From contig SCTG01000102.1 of assembly GCA_004298335.1 (NCBI GenBank), positions 21,413 to 85,412 of the forward strand: 64,000 bases of DNA, given 5' to 3'. The notes beneath the pieces are model-generated. The model was not told the origin of the DNA and did not search any database. It saw nothing but the letters and a program-made list of their open reading frames with translations. Of this stretch, positions 16,909 to 25,974 are shown piece by piece. Within the stretch, counting starts at the first letter, position 1; each line of letters begins with the position of its first letter. The DNA is from Nitrospirota bacterium (GTDB taxonomy: Bacteria; Nitrospirota; Nitrospiria; Nitrospirales; NS-4). The position numbers and the translations under genes were made by a program.

Positions 16909-18351
16909 TCAGTCCGGGAGAGCCTGGACGCAGACGCCCAGGTCCAGTGACAATTCGAGCCCGCTCTGGTAACGCTGGGCCACTTCTTTGCACAGCGCCC
17001 TGTCGATGATGGCGGCGCAGCACGGCGGCAGATCCGTCCGAAGCTGGACCGGCGACCGGTGCGGCTTGTTGGCGATCTGGAAGAGCAAGGACGCAATGCT
17101 CTCCCCCTGGAAGGGGCGCTCGCCCGTCAGCAGCTCGTAGAGGACCACCCCCAGGGAGAACAGGTCCGAGCGCCCGTCCACTTTCTCTCCGGCAACCTGC
17201 TCCGGCGACATGTAGCTCGGCGTCCCGAGGATCACGTTGGTTTGGGTCTTGGTGGACGTGGTGATGCGGGCAATGCCGAAGTCCGTGAGCTTGACGGCGC
17301 CGCCCTTCGCGATCATGATGTTCGCCGGCTTGATGTCCCGGTGCACAACCCCCTGGCTGTGCGCATGGTCGAGCGCCTCGGCGACGGTGGCCACGAGCTT
17401 CAGCACGCGCTTGACCGGCTGCAAAGTCTCCTTGCGGCACCAATCCTTCAGCGTAATCCCCTCCAGCACTTCCATGGCGATGTAGCCGAGGTCGCCCTCT
17501 TCCCCGGCGTCGTAAATCGTCACGATGTTCGGATGGGATAAGCGCCCCGTCGATTCGGCTTCCCTGAAAAACCGGCGCTTGATTTCCGCCAGCTCGCCCG
17601 GCTCATCCACATCAAAAGGGACGGTTTTGAGCGCGACGAATCGCTGGATGGTGGGATCCTTGCCCAGATAGACCACGCCCATCGCCCCGCGGCCCAGCTC
17701 GTTGAGGACCGCATACCGTCCCAGCGTACGTCTCGGGCCGGCGGGGGCGACTCGAACAGTCTTCTCCTGGCGGTCCTCCTGGCGATCGCGCGGCTGCGAC
17801 TGGGCGCGTGGCGGCGTCGGCAGCGGCATGGTGCGCTCCGGCTCTTCGCGGATCTGTCTCTTGGGGGGAGTTTCGTGTTCGAACGGATCGGGGTCCGGGC
17901 GGGGCATCGCTTTCTCTACCGGCTTTGCCAGCAACGCCGAATTGCGCGCCACCGTCAGAACCAGCCACAGGGCCGCACCGATGGCTCCGAACAGGAAGAT
18001 CGAGTTGTAGAGACCGGTGTCCATCACGGCCAGGAATGGTCCTGTGAGTGGCCGCATGACCCTGTGCCCGGCCAGAATCACAACCAGCAGGGTCGCCGGC
18101 GGGATGGTCCGGCGCAGGAAGGAAAGCCCCTTTCCATCATCAGGAATTTCGGCGGCCGCCCGCTGGCCGAACATCCAAAACAGCAGGATGGCCGCCACAT
18201 GTCCCGCGAACTTTGTCAATCTTGAAACTGGCAGGTTCGCGCTGCCGACGCTCATCTCTTTGAACATGGGGAGGTCGCCCACGTGCGCGCCCAGCCACAG
18301 GACCGCGACAATCGCGATTCCAAAACGCCAGACCCAACCCCAGTCGCTCAC
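16909..18351 (-). CDS. Hanks-type Ser/Thr protein kinase with an N-terminal polytopic membrane domain
   Basis: GRGAMGVVY...ALK, HRDIKPANIM, DFGIA and SPE motifs lie in the C-terminal half. About four hydrophobic helices lie in the first ~150 aa. GTG start preceded by GGAGGTGG. Confidence 0.85.
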   Translation of the reverse strand: MSDWGWVWRFGIAIVAVLWLGAHVGDLPMFKEMSVGSANLPVSRLTKFAGHVAAILLFWMFGQRAAAEIPDDGKGLSFLRRTIPPATLLVVILAGHRVMRPLTGPFLAVMDTGLYNSIFLFGAIGAALWLVLTVARNSALLAKPVEKAMPRPDPDPFEHETPPKRQIREEPERTMPLPTPPRAQSQPRDRQEDRQEKTVRVAPAGPRRTLGRYAVLNELGRGAMGVVYLGKDPTIQRFVALKTVPFDVDEPGELAEIKRRFFREAESTGRLSHPNIVTIYDAGEEGDLGYIAMEVLEGITLKDWCRKETLQPVKRVLKLVATVAEALDHAHSQGVVHRDIKPANIMIAKGGAVKLTDFGIARITTSTKTQTNVILGTPSYMSPEQVAGEKVDGRSDLFSLGVVLYELLTGERPFQGESIASLLFQIANKPHRSPVQLRTDLPPCCAAIIDRALCKEVAQRYQSGLELSLDLGVCVQALPD

Positions 18352-18476
18352 GGTCCACCTCCGCTACCTTGGATGACGGAGACTGCGGATTCGTTCATGC
18401 CGGAAAACCCTTTGCTAAGGCGCAACGTGTATCGAACCGTACACTCAGCTCATCGTAATGTCTAGACCGGGCGGCC

Positions 18477-19247
18477 TCATTTTTTCGCCTGGTCCGGCTT
18501 GAGGTGGCGGAATTTTTTAGGGATGGGCCCGGAAGGGACGTCCGGGTTGCCGAGCCATGAGGGGCGGCTGTCGTAGTAGTTGACAGGCGCCTTCGGGTCA
18601 GCGGCACGGAAGGCCGTAAATCGTTGCAGCGCCCGCTCGTGGGTCCGCTTCGACATCCGGTACTTCTTGTGCGGCATCTTCAAGAGATAGCGCTCGACCT
18701 TCCAGACGTTCTTCGGCGAGAACCGCCAATCGTAGTCGCCCAAGTCCCGCAGATTGCCCACGCCGTAGCCGCAGAGCCGGCCCGTATAGTCCACGTAGGG
18801 CTCCACGTAGGTCAGTACCAGCTCGCGGACCGACCGGAAGACAGGCTTCCGTCCCTGTAGCCCCGCCTCGCGCGAGCGCCCGACGGCCCCCCAGCGCCCG
18901 TTCTGCTTGAAAAGATAGAGGACGTGATCGAGCTTGTCCGTCGACTCGAGGCTCAGCAGGAGCGGGGTGTGGCCGTACTGCTCCAGGATGACGGCGGCCG
19001 TGATGGCGGCTTCCAGGCAATGGGCGGTTCTCTTTGCGATCGCGCCCCGGAACGAGCGGAGCGTTTCCTTGGATTTTTCCCAGTTGTAGGGGAGCTTGTC
19101 GAGGAAGGCCTGGACCTGGCGCGGCGTGGAGTGGGCCCGGATGATCGCCCATTCCTTGCGGGTGAACGCGGTCTGAGGGGGAATGCCCTCAGCGCCGCGG
19201 CCGAGGCGACGCGCCGCTAGAAGATGCCGGCCTGTTTTTGCAGCCAC
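18477..19247 (-). CDS. hypothetical protein (possible transglutaminase-like Cys/His fold, weak)
   Basis: 256 aa. Only a GTG start is available, and it overlaps the cytochrome c 3' end by 31 nt. AHCLEAA...DHVLYLFKQNGRWG spacing is reminiscent of the TGase-core C...H pattern. Confidence 0.5.
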   Translation of the reverse strand: MAAKTGRHLLAARRLGRGAEGIPPQTAFTRKEWAIIRAHSTPRQVQAFLDKLPYNWEKSKETLRSFRGAIAKRTAHCLEAAITAAVILEQYGHTPLLLSLESTDKLDHVLYLFKQNGRWGAVGRSREAGLQGRKPVFRSVRELVLTYVEPYVDYTGRLCGYGVGNLRDLGDYDWRFSPKNVWKVERYLLKMPHKKYRMSKRTHERALQRFTAFRAADPKAPVNYYDSRPSWLGNPDVPSGPIPKKFRHLKPDQAKK

Positions 19248-19579
19248 CGGATGTAGGGGATGATCTGGACGAGGTCGTCTTTGGTGACGCCGGGAATCTT
19301 GGGCATGTCGCCGAACTTCCAGTGATGCGCGCGCACGCCCATCTCGGGGGCGCGGTAGAACGCCATGTCCGCGTGGTGGTTCGGCTCGTAGACCTTGTCG
19401 AGGAACGGGGGGCCTTTTGCGGTTCCCCGCGCGCCGGCGCCGTGGCAGGCGGAGCAGTTGGTGTTGTAGAGAGCTTCCCCCTTGGCGAGGGCTTCAGGAG
19501 GTTTGGGGATGGGGGGATCGGCGGCCAAGGCGGGAAGGGCGAACAACAGTCCGGCGACAAGCAGGCCGGGCAACCACAC
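19217..19579 (-). CDS. class I c-type cytochrome (monoheme), secreted
   Basis: CSACH heme-binding motif. Start reassigned to GTG 19579, giving the signal peptide VWLPGLLVAGLLFALPALAA. That GTG overlaps the upstream TAG stop by 1 nt (TAGTG). Confidence 0.8.
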   Translation of the reverse strand: MWLPGLLVAGLLFALPALAADPPIPKPPEALAKGEALYNTNCSACHGAGARGTAKGPPFLDKVYEPNHHADMAFYRAPEMGVRAHHWKFGDMPKIPGVTKDDLVQIIPYIRWLQKQAGIF

Positions 19580-19932
19580 TAGTGTTTCTCCTTGCTCGCG
19601 CCGGCCGTGTCCTTCGCGTTGCACTCGACCCAGAACCGGTAACGGATGGACGGGTTCTGGTTGCTCTCCGCGTTGGGGTTGTCATAGAGGCAGCGGTCCA
19701 CGGTGTGGATCTCCTCGTCCGTGAACTCGATGGAGACCGGTTCCTTCCAGTAATTGTCCAGGGTGAAGTAATCGGCCCCCTTGGGGATGGCGTCCAGCTC
19801 GGCTTGCATGCGTTTGAACGCCGGTGCGTCGGTGCCCGGAATGTTCTTGTGATTGAGCTTGACGCACCATTTCATCACTTCGGCGATGCCGTAGCGGGTC
19901 AAGGTGATCTTGTGAGTATGCGATTCAGCCAT
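19579..19932 (-). CDS. hypothetical protein, no recognised family
   Basis: 117-aa ORF, first gene of the overlapping three-gene unit, with coding-like composition. No family recognised. Confidence 0.5.
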   Translation of the reverse strand: MAESHTHKITLTRYGIAEVMKWCVKLNHKNIPGTDAPAFKRMQAELDAIPKGADYFTLDNYWKEPVSIEFTDEEIHTVDRCLYDNPNAESNQNPSIRYRFWVECNAKDTAGASKEKH

Positions 19933-20076
19933 CAGGGTTCTCCTCCAAAGCGGGCTCAGTCTACCCGAAGTGCCTGTTTATTGACAAGCCCATTCGTGCC
20001 CGTTTTGCCTTCCGGTCGGCGATAGGGTATTCTCGGAAGATCACGGCGCTCCAGGCGTGTGAGACGAGGGGGTTCC

Positions 20077-20451
20077 ATGAAGCACAATCCCGGCTTTGTG
20101 ACGCTCGTTGAGGAGGCCAGGCGGCGCATCAGGGAATGCACGATCGGGGACGTGAAGATGAAACTGGACCGCGGCGAACGGTTCCACTTTATCGACGTCC
20201 GCGAGGACAATGAGTTCGCGGTGGACCATGCCAAAGGGGCCCTGCATCTGGGGCGCGGCATCCTGGAGCGGGACATCGAAACGGTGATTCCCGACAAGCG
20301 CGCCGAGATCGTGCTGTACTGCGGCGGAGGCTACCGGTCCGCGCTCGCGGCCGAGAACTTGATGAAAATGGGGTACGCCAACGTCGCTTCGATGGACGGC
20401 GGCATCCGCGCCTGGCGGGAAGCGGGCTATCCCATCGAGAAGGGGGCGTGA
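20077..20451 (+). CDS. rhodanese-like sulfurtransferase
   Basis: FIDVREDNEF...IVLYCGGGYRSA active-site loop. ATG 20077 preceded by GAGGGGG. Confidence 0.8.
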   Translation: MKHNPGFVTLVEEARRRIRECTIGDVKMKLDRGERFHFIDVREDNEFAVDHAKGALHLGRGILERDIETVIPDKRAEIVLYCGGGYRSALAAENLMKMGYANVASMDGGIRAWREAGYPIEKGA

Positions 20452-20810
20452 GGGAGTGCCCCCTGCCTCGTGAGCCGATGGGTCCCAGTTTTCGAAGCGC
20501 GCTGATTCTCGGGATCGTGGTCGTGGCCGCGGGAACGGGAGCCTGGGGCGTTCGCACGTATCAACACGGGCAGGCCAATCTGAACGCGTGCGGCGGTCTC
20601 GAGCCGGGCGGTCGGCGGCCCGATCTCATCAAGTCCCTGGGCGCGCCGCAAGCCACCCAGGCGAATCCGGCCCGGACGCGCCTGATCCTGTCCTTCACGA
20701 GTCCGCTCTTTGCCGACAAGCCCATCCGGGCGGTCGTGAATGTCCGGGACGATGTCGTCATGGAAATCGATTGCGGTGACGGGCGGATCAAAACCTATGA
20801 CAAGTACTGA
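20448..20810 (+). CDS. hypothetical membrane-anchored or secreted protein
   Basis: GTG overlaps the rhodanese stop (GTGA). Hydrophobic segment ALILGIVVVAAGTGAWG. Confidence 0.45.
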   Translation: MRECPLPREPMGPSFRSALILGIVVVAAGTGAWGVRTYQHGQANLNACGGLEPGGRRPDLIKSLGAPQATQANPARTRLILSFTSPLFADKPIRAVVNVRDDVVMEIDCGDGRIKTYDKY

Positions 20811-21780
20811 GCGCCGGGCCGCCGTCCGATGGCGGCGGGCCTTGGCCGGAGCGGCGCTGCTGGCGGTTGTGGTGGTGGCGGGGCCTGCCGCCGCGCACCA
20901 CACGAAGCCGCATCAGGAAGCGGTGGCGGCTGCGCAGACTGCGCTCTTTGAGCAGAAAGATCCGCAAGCGGTGAGACGCCTGCTTGAAGGCATGTGGGCC
21001 GATCAGCCGTTGGACGGGGACACGCCCTATCTGTTGGGCCTGGCCTATTTCATGCTCTATGACGCGGCCAAGTCGCTGCCGCAGTTCGAAGCCTGCCGCA
21101 GGATCGAGTCGCGGACGGGCGGCGTCTCGCATCAGCTGGACTGCCTGTACTGGAGCGGGCGGGCCCACGCCTTGAAGGCCGCCCTGGTCTGGTATTACCG
21201 CGAGAACATTCTGGAGGGCGCGATCAAGAGCCAGCGGGCGATGAGTGCCGCTCTCGACCGGTACGAACAGGTTCTGGCGACGGCTCCCGACCATGCCGGT
21301 ACGCTGCTCTCGCAGGCCGAGTACTACATGGCGGCGCCCTACCTGCCGCCGTTCGCTTACGGCGATGTCAACAAGGCCCGTGCGCTCGTGGCGCGGGCCC
21401 TCGTGCTGGAACCCGACAATCCCCGGGCCCATTATCTCCAGGCCCGTCTGGATCTGTACTATAACGGACGCCGGGACTTGGCCCGGACGGGGTTTGCCAA
21501 GGTCCGGCAACTCGTGGACCGCGGCGTGGGAGGGGTGGACGGCATTCTCCTGCGGCGTTGGGTGGACTTTGCGCAGGCCGAAGTGGCGTTCCTCGATCAT
21601 GATTTCACCGCGACGATCGCCTACGCCGACGCCTATCTGCGTCAGGTCCCCGACGGGGCGGAAGGCTACGCGCTCAAGGGCGCCAGCCTGAAGTTTCTGG
21701 GCCAGCAGGCGGCCGGCGAGGCGCTGATCAACAAGGCGCGCGAGTTCAATCCCCACGTGCGCCGGTACCGGGAACCGTAA
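20797..21780 (+). CDS. secreted TPR-like helical-repeat protein
   Basis: Internal ATG 20797 gives the signal-like AGAALLAVVVVAGPAAAHH, followed by repeated Ala/Leu/Tyr-rich helical-pair segments. Confidence 0.5.
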   Translation: MTSTERRAAVRWRRALAGAALLAVVVVAGPAAAHHTKPHQEAVAAAQTALFEQKDPQAVRRLLEGMWADQPLDGDTPYLLGLAYFMLYDAAKSLPQFEACRRIESRTGGVSHQLDCLYWSGRAHALKAALVWYYRENILEGAIKSQRAMSAALDRYEQVLATAPDHAGTLLSQAEYYMAAPYLPPFAYGDVNKARALVARALVLEPDNPRAHYLQARLDLYYNGRRDLARTGFAKVRQLVDRGVGGVDGILLRRWVDFAQAEVAFLDHDFTATIAYADAYLRQVPDGAEGYALKGASLKFLGQQAAGEALINKAREFNPHVRRYREP

Positions 21781-21803
21781 GGAGGTTTCCGTGCGCGGAT
21801 GGG

Positions 21804-21831
21804 TTGACCCTCACAGGAAACCCTGTATACT
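21804..21831 (+). promoter_or_regulatory. candidate promoter TTGACC-16 nt-TATACT
   Basis: TTGACC 21804-21809 and TATACT 21826-21831, about 50 nt upstream of the 21880 ATG. Confidence 0.45.
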
Positions 21832-21879
21832 GGAGCCTGCCGGGAAACGTCCGGAGCGCACCGGGAATGAGGGGGACAG

Positions 21880-22287
21880 ATGAAAACGACGGAAATGCTC
21901 CTGTACGTGCTGTTGGTGCTCTTCGCATGGTCGAACCGCGACCGGATTCCTCCCGAGTACCAGTTCTGGAAGCATAATCAGTCCACGGTCAAGGTTCAAA
22001 ACAACTCGGATCAGGATCTCACGGATGTCGCCGTCGTGGTCTGGGCGACGCCCCATAAGATCGGGACGATCAAAAAGGGCACGGCCTACGAGCTCATCAC
22101 CACCCGCAAGCGGGATGACACCGAAGTCGTTGTCCAGTTCCGTTACGGCCATGAGCTGATCGACCGGTACGCCGGCACGCTCGATGAGGATGACAAGTAT
22201 TGGATGCTGATTACCGTGAACTACGCCGGCGTGGTCGTTGTGCAGGAAGGGGCTGATATACCGGAGGTCGCCGCGCCCGCCCCGTAA
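21880..22287 (+). CDS. hypothetical membrane-anchored protein
   Basis: 135 aa with N-terminal TM helix MLLYVLLVLFAW. RBS GAGGGGGA lies upstream. Confidence 0.5.
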   Translation: MKTTEMLLYVLLVLFAWSNRDRIPPEYQFWKHNQSTVKVQNNSDQDLTDVAVVVWATPHKIGTIKKGTAYELITTRKRDDTEVVVQFRYGHELIDRYAGTLDEDDKYWMLITVNYAGVVVVQEGADIPEVAAPAP

Positions 22288-22291
22288 CGCA

Positions 22292-22885
22292 GTGCCTGCG
22301 CCGTCGCTTCCCCTCATCGTCTGCTTCGGCGACAGCCTCACGGTGGGCTTCCAATCCCCCACGCCGGACTGTCCAGACGGTCTCGAGACTCCCTACGGCC
22401 GCTATCTGGAAGATCGTCTCCGTGGACGCGCGCGCGTCCATGTGAGCGGCATCTGCGGCGAGTTGACCGCCGACATGGTGCACCGCTTTGCGCGCGATGT
22501 GCTGGACCGCCAGCCCGCGTGGGCGGTGATCCTCGGCGGGACGAACGATCTGGGGTGGGCGCGCAGGCCCTCGGAGATCCTGCGCCATCTGACGGCGCTG
22601 TACGAGCAGGCCGACGCCGGAGGCGCTCGTCCGGTCGCGGTGACCGTCCCCTCGGTCCGTGGCTTCGACGACCATATTCCGCCGCGGCGCGAGTTGAACG
22701 GGCTGATCGCCGATTACTGCTCCGACAAGGGGCTGCCCTGCGTGGATCTCTTTACCGCGACGGCGGAATCCGGCACGCCGCGTCTGGCGGAGCCGTACTC
22801 CAACGACGGCCTGCATCTGACTACCGCCGGTTACGAATTGCTGGCGCGGCTGCTGTATGAGCAGGTGTTCGCTAATCGATTCTAG
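22292..22885 (+). CDS. SGNH/GDSL hydrolase
   Basis: FGDSLT block I, GGTNDL block III and DGLHLT block V. GTG 22292 lies 4 nt after the upstream stop. Confidence 0.8.
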   Translation: MPAPSLPLIVCFGDSLTVGFQSPTPDCPDGLETPYGRYLEDRLRGRARVHVSGICGELTADMVHRFARDVLDRQPAWAVILGGTNDLGWARRPSEILRHLTALYEQADAGGARPVAVTVPSVRGFDDHIPPRRELNGLIADYCSDKGLPCVDLFTATAESGTPRLAEPYSNDGLHLTTAGYELLARLLYEQVFANRF

Positions 22886-23684
22886 CCGGCGAGGGAATGT
22901 CCTTGAAGAGGTGGTCGGCGATGCGACGCGCCGTCGCCAACTGGTCCGCCAGATCGGCCGCCGACAGGGCCTGTCTCAGCAGGTCGCCGAGCGCGCCGTC
23001 GCGTTGGACGATGAAGCGGAGGTGTTCGGTGGGGGAGGCGGGCCAGAATCCCCGGAGCTGGTAAAACGCGGTGATGCTCTCGTCCAGGAAAATAGAGATC
23101 AGATGCCGGGCAACGGCCGGATCGGCCTGCCGGTCTTCCGCTTTGCCCAGCCAGTGAAGGACGTCCGTCCGGAGCCGGATTTTTTCATGGATCGTCAGCG
23201 GGGGCGGCCCATGCCGAAAACGGGCGTGGGCTTTCTGCAGGAGCTGGGAGCCGGCCGCCTCCAGTTCGAACAGGACCCGCGCCTTGCGCAGAATGATGGG
23301 CAGGCGCGGCGAGGTCTGCACCTGCTCCTCGGCAACGGCCACGCCGAGGTAGCGGATGTCGATGTTCCGGGTCAGCACCCGGACCAGTTCGTGACTGTTG
23401 TCTTTTCCCAGGACCAGAACCAGCAAATCCACGTCGCTGTGGGGCATCAGCGCCTCCCGGGCGGCCGAGCCCACCAGGATGATGGCGGCCAGATCGCCCC
23501 CGCGCTTGGCTCTGATGTGCCGGACCGCCTTGGCGAGGATCTGCTCGATTTCGGGGGCCGGCGCCGCCTTCTCCGGCGCGCAGGCCGTGTCGGCCTGCGG
23601 GACCGGTTCGCATGCGGGAAACTCGGCGGGTGCGGCTTCCGTCACGGCCTGCTCGGGCCCCGGCTCGTACGTGCGGTCTTCCAT
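22872..23684 (-). CDS. nucleotidyltransferase-domain protein (Pol-beta superfamily, KNTase-like helical C-terminus)
   Basis: LVGSAAREALMPHSDVDLLVL matches the GS...DxD NTase signature. Start placed at internal ATG 23684. The longer track ORF overlaps the upstream small gene. Confidence 0.7.
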   Translation of the reverse strand: MEDRTYEPGPEQAVTEAAPAEFPACEPVPQADTACAPEKAAPAPEIEQILAKAVRHIRAKRGGDLAAIILVGSAAREALMPHSDVDLLVLVLGKDNSHELVRVLTRNIDIRYLGVAVAEEQVQTSPRLPIILRKARVLFELEAAGSQLLQKAHARFRHGPPPLTIHEKIRLRTDVLHWLGKAEDRQADPAVARHLISIFLDESITAFYQLRGFWPASPTEHLRFIVQRDGALGDLLRQALSAADLADQLATARRIADHLFKDIPSPARID

Positions 23685-23688
23685 GGGC

Positions 23689-23925
23689 CTAGGATCCGGA
23701 GACCTGTTGAATCCGCGGCCGGGCGGCGGTGAGCCAGTCCTCGAACGGAACGTCGGCGTCCACGACGATCTCGATCTTCCCGTTGGGCAGCTTGCGGACG
23801 GTGCCGGGGCTGGCGGCCGCCAAAGGAATTTCGATCCATTCGCGGTCGAGCTCAAGCTCATCCGTGAGCTCCAGGATACGGGTGATCTGGGCGAACGTCA
23901 CGTCTTTGGGCAGGGGTGTCGTCAT
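23689..23925 (-). CDS. hypothetical small protein (78 aa)
   Basis: ORF ends 5 nt before the NTase start. Acidic, and no family recognised. Confidence 0.4.
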   Translation of the reverse strand: MTTPLPKDVTFAQITRILELTDELELDREWIEIPLAAASPGTVRKLPNGKIEIVVDADVPFEDWLTAARPRIQQVSGS

Positions 23926-23960
23926 GATGAGGACGCATTCTAGCATACCCGCGGCTCGCG

Positions 23961-23989
23961 TTGACAATCATGGGGGTATCACATAGAGT
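23961..23989 (+). promoter_or_regulatory. sigma70-like promoter TTGACA-17 nt-TAGAGT upstream of the PhzF-family gene
   Basis: TTGACA 23961-23966 and TAGAGT 23984-23989. The gene starts at 24010. Confidence 0.5.
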
Positions 23990-24009
23990 AGCCAACCCGG
24001 GGGTGGCGG

Positions 24010-24939
24010 ATGACCGATCGGCGAACCGTCAGGTTCTATCAGGCCGATGTCTTCACCGATACCGTTTTCGGGGGCAACCCCGTGGCGGTGATCCCCGAAG
24101 CGGACGGCCTGGACGTCTGGGAAATGCAGAAGATCGCCCGGGAGATGAATCTCTCCGAGACCGTCTTTGTGCTGGCCCCCACCGATCCTTCCGCGGAGTA
24201 CCGTCTCCGGTTCTTCACGCCCACCCGGGAGATTCCCTTCGCCGGCCATCCCGTCCTCGGCGCCTTTTACGTGCTGGCCCATCTGGGCGTCCTGCGTCTG
24301 CAGGAGCCGGTCACGCGCGTGCACCAGGAAACCAGCGTCGGGGTGTTTCCCCTGGACCTCACGGTCCGGGACGGGCTGGTCCGCCACATCATGATGGGTC
24401 AGCCGAAACCGGAGTTTCTCGGGATGGTGGAGCCGCTCCGCGACCTCTTTGAAGTGGCCAAGGCGGTGTCGGTGCCCAAGACGCAGATCACGGGGACCGG
24501 GCTCCCTGTGGAAGTGGTGTCGACGGGATTTCCGGTCATGATCGTGCCGGTCCGCACCCTGACGGCGGTCTCCAAGGCGAGTCCCAATATCGGGCTGCTC
24601 AACAGCGTCTGCGAGCAGCACAAGGCGCAGGGCCTGATGCTGTTCACGACGGTCACCGTCGAGGAGCGGTCCACGGTCCACACGCGGATGTTCGCCTCGC
24701 CGGTCGGAGTCGTCGAAGACCCTGCCACGGGGTCCGCCAGCGGCGCCCTCGGCGCCTACCTCGTCAAGCACGGCGTGGTGGACGTCGGCCCGACGACCGA
24801 GATCATCTGCGAGCAGGGCTATGAGGTGGACCGGCCGTCCAGGCTGACCGTGCACGTCCATTCGGACGACGACGAGATCCAATATGTCAACGTGGGCGGG
24901 CAGGCGGTCCTGGTGATCGAGGGCGTGGTGACGTTCTAG
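24010..24939 (+). CDS. PhzF-family isomerase
   Basis: FYQADVFTDTVFGGNPVAVI...EMNLSETVFV...RFFTPTREIPFAGHP is the typical PhzF/YddE sequence. Confidence 0.85.
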   Translation: MTDRRTVRFYQADVFTDTVFGGNPVAVIPEADGLDVWEMQKIAREMNLSETVFVLAPTDPSAEYRLRFFTPTREIPFAGHPVLGAFYVLAHLGVLRLQEPVTRVHQETSVGVFPLDLTVRDGLVRHIMMGQPKPEFLGMVEPLRDLFEVAKAVSVPKTQITGTGLPVEVVSTGFPVMIVPVRTLTAVSKASPNIGLLNSVCEQHKAQGLMLFTTVTVEERSTVHTRMFASPVGVVEDPATGSASGALGAYLVKHGVVDVGPTTEIICEQGYEVDRPSRLTVHVHSDDDEIQYVNVGGQAVLVIEGVVTF

Positions 24940-24941
24940 CG

Positions 24942-25970
24942 ATGAAGGCGGCACGCTTTCACCAGCACGGCGGGCCCGAGGTTTTGCGGTACGAAGACGC
25001 CCCGGTTCCGACGCCGGGACCCGGCGAGGTCCTGGTCCGGGTCAAGGCCTGCGCGCTCAATCACCTCGACATCTGGATCCGCCAGGGCGTCCCGGCTTTC
25101 CAGGTGCCGTTGCCGCACATCGGCGGGTGCGACGTGGCGGGTGTCGTGGAGCGGGTTGAGGGTGACGGTTCCGGACTCAAACCGGGCGACCGGATCTTTG
25201 TCGCGCCGGGGCTGTCCTGCTGGCGCTGCACGTTCTGCCTGAGCGGGCGGGACAATCTCTGCCTGTCCTACCGGATGCTGGGCGCGCAGGTCGACGGGGG
25301 GATGGCCGAGTATGTGAAGGTGCCTGCGATCAACGTGCTCCCGATCCCCGGCGCGCTGACGTTCGAGCAGGCCGCCGCGTTTCCCCTGACGGCGGTCACC
25401 GTCTGGCACATGCTGTTTGGTCTCGCCAAGCTTCAGCCGGCGGAAGACGTGCTGGTTCTCGGGGCGGCGGGCGGCGTCGGCAGCATGGCGGTCCAGATGG
25501 CCCGCGCCGCGGGCGCCCGGGTCCTCACGACCGTGGGCTCGGAGGACAAGATCGAGAAGGCCAGGGCGCTGGGCGCCGAGGTGGTGATCAATCACGCGCG
25601 GGACGACATCGCCGAGCGCGTGATGCGCGCGACCGGCGGCCGCGGGGTGGACGTGGTGATCGAGCACATCGGCCCGGCGACCTGGGAACAGAGTCTCAAG
25701 TCGCTGGCCAAGGGCGGGCGCCTGATTACCTGCGGCGCGACGTCCGGACCGGAAGTCCGGGTGGACCTGCGCTTCCTCTATATGCGCCAGACGACCGTGA
25801 TCGGCTCCATCATGGGCACCAGGGACGAGTTGCTGGCGGCCGCCAAATGGATGGACGAGGGACGGATACAGGCGGTGATTGATTCGGTCGTCCCCATGAA
25901 GGAAGCCCGGGCGGCTCACGAGCGCATGCTGGACCGCAAACTGTTCGGGAAGATCGTCCTGACGCCCTGA
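24942..25970 (+). CDS. zinc-type alcohol dehydrogenase / quinone oxidoreductase family (MDR)
   Basis: GGCDVAGVV, a structural-Zn Cys cluster (CWRCTFCLSGRDNLC) and the GAAGGVGS NAD(P) motif. Confidence 0.85.
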   Translation: MKAARFHQHGGPEVLRYEDAPVPTPGPGEVLVRVKACALNHLDIWIRQGVPAFQVPLPHIGGCDVAGVVERVEGDGSGLKPGDRIFVAPGLSCWRCTFCLSGRDNLCLSYRMLGAQVDGGMAEYVKVPAINVLPIPGALTFEQAAAFPLTAVTVWHMLFGLAKLQPAEDVLVLGAAGGVGSMAVQMARAAGARVLTTVGSEDKIEKARALGAEVVINHARDDIAERVMRATGGRGVDVVIEHIGPATWEQSLKSLAKGGRLITCGATSGPEVRVDLRFLYMRQTTVIGSIMGTRDELLAAAKWMDEGRIQAVIDSVVPMKEARAAHERMLDRKLFGKIVLTP

Positions 25971-25974
25971 AGGG

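Noticed and set aside
16885-16920. GACGCA-ctcgt-TGCGTC hairpin flanked by CCCGG/CCGGG between the convergent ppk2 and kinase genes, as a bidirectional terminator.
   Set aside because: There is no U-tract on either strand and the stem is short. It is plausible, but not supportable as an intrinsic terminator from sequence alone.
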